Part shown: piece by piece, positions 1 to 9,158 of the stretch | How positions within the stretch are numbered: the stretch's first letter is position 1 | Layout of the letters: each line of letters begins with the position of its first letter | Source: Planctomycetota bacterium | GTDB taxonomy: Bacteria; Planctomycetota; GCA-002687715; CAIWVZ01 | Direction: 5' to 3' | NCBI GenBank assembly: GCA_044222185.1 | Contig: JBGANV010000007.1 | Span: 32,001 to 96,000, forward strand | Length of the DNA: 64,000 bases | Notes under the pieces: model-generated | What the model was told of the DNA's origin: nothing | What the model saw: the letters and a program-made list of their open reading frames with translations, nothing else | Database searches by the model: none | Position numbers and translations under genes: made by a program

Positions 1-2
1 AT

Positions 3-830
3 CTCGAGTCCCTCACGTCGGAGGCGACCGGCTCGCTGTTCTTCGGCGCCGAGTTGCGGGCCGCGGCCCTGCTCGCGTCCGAAGGCCGCACGTTGAACGT
101 GGGCGGGCTGCCCGTCGTGAACGGCATCGATCGCATCGAGACGATCGGCGGCAGGGTGGTCCTCTCGGGTGCGCGGCACGACGGTCGCGCGCGCTACGTG
201 GTCGAGTGGGACAGCCTGCGGATCTTCCAACTCATCGCGCGCGGGGAGATGGAAACAGGTGGTGACGTGCCGGCCGCATTCGAGAGGGGAGAGCGTCTGG
301 TCGCGCGGGTGAGCATCGCATCGCCCATCGTCGACGACGCCGACGACCTCGTCCGTGCGCTGCGCGAGGCCCAGGGTGAGCTCGGAGTCGGTTCCCTCGC
401 CGACGCGGAGTTCATCATCGACGTGGGATACGGCGTCGGTAGTCGAGACGGCATCGAGGAGGTGATCGACCCACTGAAGGCAGCCCTCGAGCGCATGGGC
501 GTCCCCAAGGTGACGATCGGCGCGTCGCGCAAGGTGACGCAGGACCTGGGGCTCCTGCCCGACTCGTTCCAGATCGGACAGACCGGCGTGCCCGTCAACC
601 CGAAGATCATGCTCGCCATCGGGATCTCGGGAGCGCCCCAACACCTGAACTACATCGGAGAGCGGGCGGCCATCTTCGCATTCAACCGCGATCCCGAGGC
701 ACCGCTGATGGTCCTGAACCGCAGCCGGCCGAAGCCGCGCGTTTTTCCGATCCACGGCGACCTCTTCGCCGAGGTACCCAAGTTCGTCCGAGCACTCGAG
801 TCCGAGATCGCAGTGGGCGCCCGCGGTTGA
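3..830 (+). CDS. etfA: Electron transfer flavoprotein alpha subunit (EtfA/FixB family), 5'-truncated by window edge
   Basis: FAD-binding motifs LADAEFIIDVGYG, GASRKV, QIGQTG..VNPK, AIGISGAPQHL, AFNRDPEAP; frame is open back to the window start. Confidence 0.85.
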   Translation, partial: LESLTSEATGSLFFGAELRAAALLASEGRTLNVGGLPVVNGIDRIETIGGRVVLSGARHDGRARYVVEWDSLRIFQLIARGEMETGGDVPAAFERGERLVARVSIASPIVDDADDLVRALREAQGELGVGSLADAEFIIDVGYGVGSRDGIEEVIDPLKAALERMGVPKVTIGASRKVTQDLGLLPDSFQIGQTGVPVNPKIMLAIGISGAPQHLNYIGERAAIFAFNRDPEAPLMVLNRSRPKPRVFPIHGDLFAEVPKFVRALESEIAVGARG

Positions 831-938
831 ACGGGATTCGTCGCGGCGCGGCCCAGTCCCCGCGTCGCGACGTGTCTTTTGACGTGCGGAGCCGCGAGGA
901 CGCGTTCGTCAGGTAAGCTCCTCCCGAGCTTCCGAACC

Positions 939-1565
939 ATGGCCGCGCGCAACGCTTCATCCTCGTCCCGACCCTCGTCCGCCGATCCTTCGGCCGATCT
1001 CCTCCACCGCTGGCAGGACGAAGCGGACCTGGATGCTCTCGACGATCTTCTGCGGCGAGAGGTTTCGATCCTCAAGGAGCTGATCCAGCGCAAGGCGCGT
1101 GGAATGCTTCGGCCCTCGGCCGGTGCCACGGACGTCGCTCATGAGTCGGTGTTGGCCTTGCTGAAGGTGAAGGAGCCGCCCGCCTTCGACGACCCGCGGG
1201 CACTGCGCGCCTACCTGTGGAAATCCGCCTGGCGGCTGCTCATGCAGCGCATGCGACGTCCGCGCGCGGCCGCCCTTCTGCGTCCCGAGGCCGTCGCCTC
1301 GTTGTCGGAGAATGCGACCGTGCTCCGGTTGGGGGGCATGGGGCGGCTCGATCATGAGGAGCGGATGGTCGCGACCCGCGTCGCCATGACGCTCCTGAAG
1401 GACGAGGAGCGTCGTCTCCTCGAGCACTTCTACTTCGACGAGTGGCCCATCGCGAAAGCCGCCACCGAGCTCGGGATTTCCGAGGAGGCGGCGGCCATGC
1501 GACTGAGCCGCGCGCGGCGTCGCCTGGCGCAGCGGCTCGTGGCGTGGCACGACGCCGTGGCCTGA
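939..1565 (+). CDS. ECF-type RNA polymerase sigma-70 factor
   Basis: Region 2 (DVAHES...LRAYLWKSAWRLL) and region 4 HTH (LKDEERRLLEHFYFDEWPIAKAATELGISEEAAAMRLSRARRRL); ATG 939 preferred over TTG 879. Confidence 0.85.
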   Translation: MAARNASSSSRPSSADPSADLLHRWQDEADLDALDDLLRREVSILKELIQRKARGMLRPSAGATDVAHESVLALLKVKEPPAFDDPRALRAYLWKSAWRLLMQRMRRPRAAALLRPEAVASLSENATVLRLGGMGRLDHEERMVATRVAMTLLKDEERRLLEHFYFDEWPIAKAATELGISEEAAAMRLSRARRRLAQRLVAWHDAVA

Positions 1566-1725
1566 TCCCGCACGTTTCAGGGGTCGTTCCCGAAGGAACC
1601 GAAGCCCCACGGCTTCCGGGCCCGAATTCTTTCAGACGCGCCGACTCGCGGCCAATATCGGGCAGACGACCGCCTCTTCGGCGGCCTGGGCGTTCACCGC
1701 TTCTTCATTCCCAGAGAGACCTCCC

Positions 1726-4700
1726 ATGTTGGATTCGTTCAGTCGACCCACATCGCAGCGCCACGGACGGCGCTGTTCCGTCAGCATGCTGTCGATCGCC
1801 ACGTTCCTCGTCGCCGCAACGCTGGCTCGAGGGCAAGCGTTCACGCCGATTTCCGGAACGCTGTTCGACGGCTCAGGCGGACCCCTCCTCGCCAACACCA
1901 CGTACGTCGTCACGGGAACCATCACGGTGCCCGTCGGGCAGACGTTGACGATCAACTCGGGCGCCGGAGTGAAGTTCAACAGCGGTCTCGAGATGGTCGT
2001 GAACGGGACGCTCAACGTGAACGGGACGGCACCTGCGCCGGTTCGTTTCACCTCATTTCGCGACGACTCGGTCGGAGGAGACACGAACGGCAACGGGGCC
2101 TCGTCGGGCGGTGCGGCGGACTGGCGCGGCCTGACCTTCAACTCGACCGCCACGGTCACGATGACTCAGGCGTCGGTGCGTTACGGCGGCTCGGCATTCT
2201 TCCCCGGGATCGGGAACCTCGGCGCCAACATGACGCTGTCGAACGTCACCGTCGGCAACTGCTACGACGCCGGCCTGAGCCTCAACGGCCAGGCGGCCAC
2301 GGTCTCCGTCTCGAACTGCACGTTCACGGCCAACGGTGGCTACGCCGTCCAGGCGGCCCGACTCGACCAGTTGAACGGGTTCACGAACAACTCGGCGAGC
2401 GGAAACGGCGTGAACACGATCCGGATCAGTGTCGGCACCCTCGCCGTGAATCGCACGATCACGGCTGCCAACTGCATGAACGGCGCCGTCTTCGTCGACA
2501 CCTCGATCCAGGTGAGCACGGGTGTGACGCTGACTTTGCAGGCGGGAACCGCGTTCAAGATGAACGGCGGCACCGGCGTGACCGTGGACGGCACGCTCAT
2601 CACGAACGGCACGGCGGGCTCGCCCGTCTACTTCACGTCGTTCCCCGATGACTCGGTCGGAGGCGACACGAACAACAACGGCGTGAGCTCTGGTTCCCCG
2701 ACACAGTGGCTCGGGGTCACGCTCAACTCGACGGCGTCCGCGAGCAGCCTGACGCGGCTCGTCACGCGATACGGCGGTGGGTCCTTCTTCCCTGGCATCC
2801 GTCTTTCAGCCTGCAACGCAACCCTGAACGCGTGCCGCATCGAGAACTTCTACGACCACGGCCTGAACTGCTCGAACAACAGCCTTCCGACGGTCACCGG
2901 TTGCACGTTCACCGGCAACGGCAACGTGGCCGTCACCGGCGTTCAGCTGCAGGCGATCCCCGGCTTCACGAACAACTCGGCGAGCGGAAATGGAGGGAGC
3001 TTCATCCAGATCACCGATTCGACGATGACGGGCAGCAAGACGATCATTCCCGCGAACTGCATGAACGGCGCGCTCGTGGTGAACACGCCGCTCTCCGTAC
3101 CGGCGGGTGCGACTCTCACGATGGCCGCCGGGACCTGCATGAAGTACCAGTCGAACTACCGGTTCCAGATCGACGGGACGCTGCTGGTGAACGGATCGAG
3201 TGGCACCCCCGTGATCATGACCTCCATCCAGGACGACTCCGCGTTCGGTGACACGAACAACAACGGCCCGTCTGCGGGCTCGCCGACCCAATGGGCCGGC
3301 GTCCTCTTCATGTCGACGTCGGATGCCAGCGTGATCCACGGACTCGAAGTCCGCTACACGGGCGCGTCCTTTCTGGCGGGCATCGAACTTCGCGACGCCG
3401 ACATCGTTCTGGAGAGCAGCAAGGTCACGTCGACCTACGCCGACGGAATCAACCTCAACGCCGGCGGTGCGAACGCCACGATCAACGCGTCCATCAGCAA
3501 CTGCACCCTCACGTCGTGCAACGGGTATGCGATCAACAACGTGGCGCTCGACGCGGTGCCGCATCTGCTGAACAACACGGGGAGCGCGAACGGCTCGACC
3601 TCTGTCCACGTGACCGTGGGCACGCTTGCGGCCTCGACGCTCACGGTTGGTCCGGCGAACGGGATGAGCGGCGTTTTGTTCTTCTCCGACAGCCTCACGG
3701 TGCCGGCGGGGCGTACGCTCGCGATGCAGGCGGGTCTGATCTGCAAGTTCTCCGGCGGTTTGAACGCCAGCATCACCGGGACGCTGCTTGCTGCGGGTAC
3801 CGCGGCGAGCCCGATCTACTTCACCTCGGCTCAGGACGACTCCGTCGGCGGCGACACGAACGGCAACGGCCCGTCGAGCGGGAGCCCCACGAACTGGCAG
3901 GGCATCTACTTCAACACGGGATCGTCCGGAAGCCTCCTGACCCAGGTGACGACCCGATTCGTGGGGGCCAGCTTCGTCGCGGGTGCGGTATTCGCCGGGG
4001 GATCGCCGACGCTGTACACCTGCACGTTCAGTGACGGATTCGCCGCCGGCCTGAACTTCACCGACTCGTCGTCGCGGCCGACTGTCGTCGAGTGCCATCT
4101 CGTCAACAACGGTGGCTATGCCGTCGACAACGTGCCCGTGGATGCGCTCCAGGGCTTCGCGAACAACTACGCGACCGGCAACCACACGGACGTGATTCGC
4201 GTGACGAACAGCACGCCGGTCGGAGATCTCTTCATCGGGCCGCAGGCCGGAATCGCCATCTTCATGGCGGCGGGCCTGTCGATCCCAGGGGGACGCAGCG
4301 TCGACGTCCTGCCCGGGACGATCATCAAGATGGGCGGTGGCACGGGCGTCGACGTCACCGGCTCGCTCGACGTCCGCGGCACCGGATACGAGCCCGTGGT
4401 CTTCACCTCCTACGGCGACGACAGCTACGGCGGTGACTCGAACGGGAACGGCCCGAGCACCGGCAGCCCGACCGATTGGCGCGGCCTGACGTACACGGCG
4501 GGTGCGACGGCATCGTCGGTCGAGAACGTGATCATCCGCAACACCGGAAGCGGGTTCTTCGCTGCGCTCAGCCTCCAGTCGCCGAACGTCTCGGCTCGCG
4601 CGGTGCGCGTCGAGCGCTGCTTCGACCACGGCATCACGGCGTCGGCGCTCTCGGGTGCGGGCATGAACTGGGTTGCGAACGCCTGCAACAACGCGGGCAT

Positions 4701-5403
4701 CCGCCTCACCGGTGGTGGATTCGACGTCGTGCACGCGACCGTGACGGCGTGCGGCACGGGTGTGAACGGAACCGGTTGGACGGGCAACGTGCGCAACTCG
4801 ATCGCGTGGGGCAACACGACGAACTTCGCGGCCATTCCCCAGGCCCGCGTCTTCAACTCGGACGGCGCCTTCGCCGGCATCAACGGCAACCTGAACGTGG
4901 ATCCCCAGTTCGTCGCACCTGCGACGGGGGACTACCACCTCCAGGGCAGCTCGCCCTGCATTGGCAACGGTGACGTCGCCGTCGCCATCGCCACCGAGAA
5001 GGACTGGGACGAGCAGCCTCGCCTGATCGACTCCACGTTGAGCGGGACGGCAGCACCGGAGATGGGTGCCTTCGAGCGCCCGATCTGGCAGATGACCGTG
5101 AACGGCGTGTCGCGGCTCGGCGCGACCGTCACGTTCCAGGTGAACGGCGCACCGGGAACGTCGTTCTACGTGCTCGGAGCTCTGGATGGGTCGTTCTACC
5201 TCGGCAACTACGGGATGGGCCTCGCGGGGTTGAGCCCGCTGATCCTCGTCGCCCTTCCGGTCGGGACGCCGTTCTCCGTGACGATCCCGCAGGATCTCAA
5301 CCTCCTCGGCCTCATGGCGGGCATCCAGACGCTGACGGCGCTCGGCAGCAACCCGGCGCTCGGCAGCACGACGAACCTCTACCGCGCCGTCGTCCGGCCG
5401 TGA
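1726..5403 (+). CDS. Large secreted right-handed beta-helix repeat protein (5 modules) with choice-of-anchor-Q-like segment and C-terminal putative sorting domain
   Basis: Signal peptide; five ~195-200 aa repeats each with FTSxxDDSxGGDTNxNG...W; GNLNVDPQFV..DYHLQGSSPCIGNG..DWDEQPR..EMGAFE near the C-terminus; strong GC3 bias. Confidence 0.85.
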   Translation: MLDSFSRPTSQRHGRRCSVSMLSIATFLVAATLARGQAFTPISGTLFDGSGGPLLANTTYVVTGTITVPVGQTLTINSGAGVKFNSGLEMVVNGTLNVNGTAPAPVRFTSFRDDSVGGDTNGNGASSGGAADWRGLTFNSTATVTMTQASVRYGGSAFFPGIGNLGANMTLSNVTVGNCYDAGLSLNGQAATVSVSNCTFTANGGYAVQAARLDQLNGFTNNSASGNGVNTIRISVGTLAVNRTITAANCMNGAVFVDTSIQVSTGVTLTLQAGTAFKMNGGTGVTVDGTLITNGTAGSPVYFTSFPDDSVGGDTNNNGVSSGSPTQWLGVTLNSTASASSLTRLVTRYGGGSFFPGIRLSACNATLNACRIENFYDHGLNCSNNSLPTVTGCTFTGNGNVAVTGVQLQAIPGFTNNSASGNGGSFIQITDSTMTGSKTIIPANCMNGALVVNTPLSVPAGATLTMAAGTCMKYQSNYRFQIDGTLLVNGSSGTPVIMTSIQDDSAFGDTNNNGPSAGSPTQWAGVLFMSTSDASVIHGLEVRYTGASFLAGIELRDADIVLESSKVTSTYADGINLNAGGANATINASISNCTLTSCNGYAINNVALDAVPHLLNNTGSANGSTSVHVTVGTLAASTLTVGPANGMSGVLFFSDSLTVPAGRTLAMQAGLICKFSGGLNASITGTLLAAGTAASPIYFTSAQDDSVGGDTNGNGPSSGSPTNWQGIYFNTGSSGSLLTQVTTRFVGASFVAGAVFAGGSPTLYTCTFSDGFAAGLNFTDSSSRPTVVECHLVNNGGYAVDNVPVDALQGFANNYATGNHTDVIRVTNSTPVGDLFIGPQAGIAIFMAAGLSIPGGRSVDVLPGTIIKMGGGTGVDVTGSLDVRGTGYEPVVFTSYGDDSYGGDSNGNGPSTGSPTDWRGLTYTAGATASSVENVIIRNTGSGFFAALSLQSPNVSARAVRVERCFDHGITASALSGAGMNWVANACNNAGIRLTGGGFDVVHATVTACGTGVNGTGWTGNVRNSIAWGNTTNFAAIPQARVFNSDGAFAGINGNLNVDPQFVAPATGDYHLQGSSPCIGNGDVAVAIATEKDWDEQPRLIDSTLSGTAAPEMGAFERPIWQMTVNGVSRLGATVTFQVNGAPGTSFYVLGALDGSFYLGNYGMGLAGLSPLILVALPVGTPFSVTIPQDLNLLGLMAGIQTLTALGSNPALGSTTNLYRAVVRP

Positions 5404-5434
5404 TCGGCGACCGCGCGCGTCGCGCGCGACGTGT

Positions 5435-6346
5435 TCACGCGAACACGTCCGCGCGCGCCGCGGCGAAGATCGTGGCGACCGCGGGGTTCTTGATGCGGCG
5501 CTCGACCGAAATCCCGAAGAAGCGCTCCACGAGCTCGTCGCTCCGGCCGATGACCTTCAGCTTGTAGTGCTCCCGGACCTCGTCTTCCACGGCCGATGGC
5601 GCCGGGAAGACGCCCAGCCCGTCCTGGCCGAACGCCTTGATCAGCGCGCTGTCCTCGAACTCCGCGACGATCCGCGGGCGGATGCGATGTTCGACGAACC
5701 AGGGCTCGAGTGCTCGACGAAGCGCCGTGTTCTCCGTCGGTAGGAGGACGGGCGCGCCGTCGAGCGATCGCGGGAAGCGGTGGTCGAGCGATCGCGCCAA
5801 GGCCGCCGTCGCGAACCAGCTCACCCCGCATTCGCCGATCGCGTGGCTGAAGGCCTTCACCCGCGATCCCGCGGGCACCGGCGCGTCGCTGATCACCACG
5901 TCGAGCGTGTGCTGGGAGAGTTGCGCGAGCAGTGCGTCGGCTCGCGCCTCGTGGCAGATCACGCGAACCGACTCGGGCATCTTGAACACGGGCGCGAGCA
6001 GGCGACGCACGACCAGTTTCGGGACCACGTCGTCGATGCCGACGCGCAGCCGGATCGGCCGCCCCGTCGGGCGCGAGGTCACCGTGTCGACGAGTTCACG
6101 ACCGAGGGCGAAGATCTCGTCGGCGTACTGGAAGACGACCTGACCGACCTCGGTGAGCTGGAGGTGGCGGCCGACGCGGTTCACGAGTCGCTCACCGAAG
6201 CTCGTCTCCAGCTCGCGCACCTGCCCACTGATCGTGGGGTGGGTGAGGTGGAGCCGCTTCGCGGCCTTGGCGATCGAGCCCTCGCGAGCGACGGTCCAGA
6301 AGTAGAGGAGGTGGTGATAGTTCAACCAGTCGGCGGCAGTTGGCAT
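5435..6346 (-). CDS. nhaR: LysR-family transcriptional activator NhaR
   Basis: N-terminus WLNYHHLLYFWTVAREGSIAKAAKRLHLTHPTISGQ; VGIDDVVPK, EFEDSALIKAFGQDGLGVF, SVERRIKNPAV typical of NhaR. Confidence 0.9.
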   Translation of the reverse strand: MPTAADWLNYHHLLYFWTVAREGSIAKAAKRLHLTHPTISGQVRELETSFGERLVNRVGRHLQLTEVGQVVFQYADEIFALGRELVDTVTSRPTGRPIRLRVGIDDVVPKLVVRRLLAPVFKMPESVRVICHEARADALLAQLSQHTLDVVISDAPVPAGSRVKAFSHAIGECGVSWFATAALARSLDHRFPRSLDGAPVLLPTENTALRRALEPWFVEHRIRPRIVAEFEDSALIKAFGQDGLGVFPAPSAVEDEVREHYKLKVIGRSDELVERFFGISVERRIKNPAVATIFAAARADVFA

Positions 6347-6435
6347 GTAGGTTTTCCCGTCAGTATGCGACGAAAGTATCAGATTGCCTAGGCCATGCCG
6401 ACGGCCGATACTTCCGCCATCAACTGGAGCCTGTC

Positions 6436-7401
6436 ATGTCTGACGCGATCGATTCGATTGGTTCTCCGCTCGGCTGGGCCGGATTCATCGGCTTCGTCCT
6501 GCTTCTCCTCCTGCTCGATCTGGGCGTCTTCCATCGCAAGGCCCACGTCGTCGGGCTGAGGGAGGCTGCCGTCTGGAGCGGCATCTGGATCGCGCTCGCG
6601 GCGGTCTTCAACGTCGGAGTCTGGGCGTTGTTCGGGCCGGCGCGCGCCCTGGAGTTCGCCACGGGCTACGTCATCGAGAAGGCGTTGTCCGTGGACAACA
6701 TCTTCGTGTTCGTGGTGATCTTCTCGTACTTCGCCGTGCCCGCGATCTATCAGCACCGCGTCCTGTTCTGGGGCATCCTCGGGGCGCTCATCACGAGGGC
6801 GATCTTCATCCTCGTGGGTGGTGCGATCCTCGCGAAGTTCCACTGGATGATCTACGTGTTCGGGGGAATCCTCGCGGTCACCGGGATCAAGTTGCTGCTG
6901 CAGCGCGACGCGCACGTCGATCCGGCGAAGAACCCCGTGGTGCGGATCTTCAAGCGGTTCTTCCCCGTCTCGAACGACTACGACGGCGACCGGTTCATCA
7001 CGAAGACATCCGGCCGTCGCGTGGCGACTCCGCTCCTGCTCGCGCTTCTGGTCGTCGAGTTCACGGATCTCGTCTTCGCGGTCGACTCGATTCCGGCGAT
7101 CTTCGCCATCACGCGCGATCCGTTCATCGTGTTCACGTCCAACATCTTCGCGATCCTCGGGCTGCGCTCGCTGTACTTCCTGCTCGCGGGCGTCGTCCAC
7201 AAGTTCGTCTACCTGAAGGTGGGCCTTTCGGCCGTGCTCCTCTTCGTCGGCGTCAAGATGATGCTCCCCGAGACCTACAAGGTCCCGCCTGGGTGGTCGC
7301 TCCTCATCATCGCGCTGCTGCTCGGTTCGTCGATCGCGGCGTCGCTCCTCCGGACTCGCCGGATCGCGCCGCCGCAGATCGCCACGGCGCGCGACGGGTG
7401 A
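6436..7401 (+). CDS. alx: TerC/Alx family membrane protein (putative Mn2+/metal homeostasis)
   Basis: LLDLGVFH, GYVIEKALSVDNIFVF, QHRVLFWGILGAL, DLVFAVDSIPAIFAITRDPFIVFTSNIFAILGLRSLYF; ATG 6436 preceded by GGAG. Confidence 0.9.
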   Translation: MSDAIDSIGSPLGWAGFIGFVLLLLLLDLGVFHRKAHVVGLREAAVWSGIWIALAAVFNVGVWALFGPARALEFATGYVIEKALSVDNIFVFVVIFSYFAVPAIYQHRVLFWGILGALITRAIFILVGGAILAKFHWMIYVFGGILAVTGIKLLLQRDAHVDPAKNPVVRIFKRFFPVSNDYDGDRFITKTSGRRVATPLLLALLVVEFTDLVFAVDSIPAIFAITRDPFIVFTSNIFAILGLRSLYFLLAGVVHKFVYLKVGLSAVLLFVGVKMMLPETYKVPPGWSLLIIALLLGSSIAASLLRTRRIAPPQIATARDG

Positions 7402-7418
7402 CGTGCACCCCACACGTC

Positions 7419-8995
7419 TCAGAGCTCGAGCAGCCAGATCGAGTCGGGCGCGTAACGGCTGAGCGTCGGTAGACGGCGAGCGGTCTCGGCGCGATCCAGA
7501 CGCCGGAGGTGCCCGAACTTCCCGAGGCCGCCGGCATCCGGCGCGCGCGCCGGCGCGACGATGAGGAAGACCACGCGCTGGCGCAGGCTCCCGACCTTCT
7601 TCAGATCGAAGACGTGCTGCACGTGGGCACACGGGTCGATCGAGGTCACCTCAGGCGCCATGTGGTGGCGCATGGCGAACGCCACCTGGCAGAAACGGAC
7701 GTCTGTGACGAGGACGTCGTCCTCGCTCTCGAGCAGGGCGTCGAACTCGCGCGCCAAATCGCGAAGGTCGGCTGTCTCACCGTTGGCAAGTTCGCGGCAG
7801 ATGGCCGGCGTGCAGAATGCCGTCACGAGGAGCAGGAACGCGGCCGGGGCGTACCGCGAGATGAGATCCGCGAGATGAGATCCCCTGTGATCAGCACCGC
7901 GCCCGGGAGGAGGTACCAGGTCCAATAATCGTGCTGCGCGGCGTGGCTGCGAAACACGACGATGTTCAGGATCCCCGGAACGAGGATGGCGAGTCCGACG
8001 GCGAGGCTGGTCGTCATGCGTCCGGCCGCAAAGAGGATCCCGACTGCTGTCGCGATCACCACAGGCCAGCTGAAGAAGCGGACGAGCATCTCGACCTGGC
8101 CCCCAAACCAGGCGCTCGCCGTCGACGACACGGCGGCGCCCGACGCGTCCCGCGCCGTCGTCGATGCGACGTCGAATCCTCGGACGAGGTACTCGCCGAC
8201 GTGCGCCAGGGAGAACGATCGCACCGCCTCGTGGCTCCCGTAGGCGGAGGCGACGGCCCGCTCGTCGATGTCGACGAAGAAGCCGTGGATGACGAGGACG
8301 ACGGCGACCGAGACCACGCTGACGATGGCCATCGCGAACACGCGCCCCCACCTGCGATCGGGCCGGGGCCGGAGGCATTCGAGGAGACACAAGGCGGGTA
8401 CGGTGAAATGTCCCTCCCAATCCATCTGGCCCGCGAGGAAGTGCGCGGCCAGCACCACCGAGTACAGCCGCGGGGGCCGGTCCCGCAGCGTCAGGTGCAG
8501 GAGGACCGTGAGGAGAATGAAGAAGAGCGTCGCCACCTCCGGGTTGCACATCCATCCGAAGACGAAACTCATCGGGAGGACGAGCCAGAGCGCCCCGACG
8601 ACGGTCACGCCGACACGCGTCATCGACCGTCCCGCGATGAGGACGAGGAGGCCGCCGGACAACGCGGAGAGCAAGATGGGCAGGACGCGGAAGCCCCGCT
8701 CGGTGAAGCCCACCCGCGCGACGACGGGGTAGGTCATCCAGAGGAACGCCGGGGGATGGTGTGCCCACACCACGCCGATCGGCGGATCCGTCGGCAGCGC
8801 GGCGAGGAGCGGCGTGCCGTGCGTCGCATCGAATCCGAAGCGGAGCCAATGCTTGATCGGCAACCCGGAGTAGTACAGGCCGTTTCCGGACGCGTGGTCT
8901 CGGCCGAACGGCCTGTCGATCACCGGGAGGTAGCGTGCGATGGCGAGGAGCGCCGTTGCGAGCGCGATCCATCGGACGAAGCCTCTGTGCCGCAT
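7419..8995 (-). pseudogene. ArnT/PMT-like (GT-C) integral membrane glycosyltransferase, frameshifted by a 14-bp tandem duplication
   Basis: N-terminal part (WAHHPPAF, GFTERGFRVLPIL, many TMs) in ORF 7823..9271; hydrophobic continuation and soluble tail in ORF 7419..8972; removing one copy of ccgcgagatgagat joins them as ...ITGDLISRYAPAAFLLL... Confidence 0.75.
7854..7881. repeat. Exact tandem duplication of a 14-mer (ccgcgagatgagat x2)
   Basis: Direct reading: 7854-7867 is identical to 7868-7881. Confidence 0.95.
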
Positions 8996-9158
8996 GATCG
9001 GATCGAGAGCCAGTGAAGACCTCCAGTCGCCTGATGCCGGGTGCGGCGTCGGTACGGCGTGAGTATACGCGCGACTCGACGTTCCGGATGGACGAGTGCG
9101 GACTGCCGTCGGGGACCGAGCAGGCCCAGCGTCTCTCGGCACTGTTACAACGCGCCCC

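Noticed and set aside
1586-1633. Two small hairpins (gttcc-cgaa-ggaac; gaagcc-ccac-ggcttc) after the ECF gene as a terminator
   Set aside because: Short stems and no adjacent U-tract; too weak to call
2040-4490. Recurring gacgactcggtcggaggagacacgaacggcaacgg-like DNA as a possible array or DGR template/variable repeat
   Set aside because: Explained by coding repeats; differences are not adenine-specific and no reverse transcriptase is present in the window
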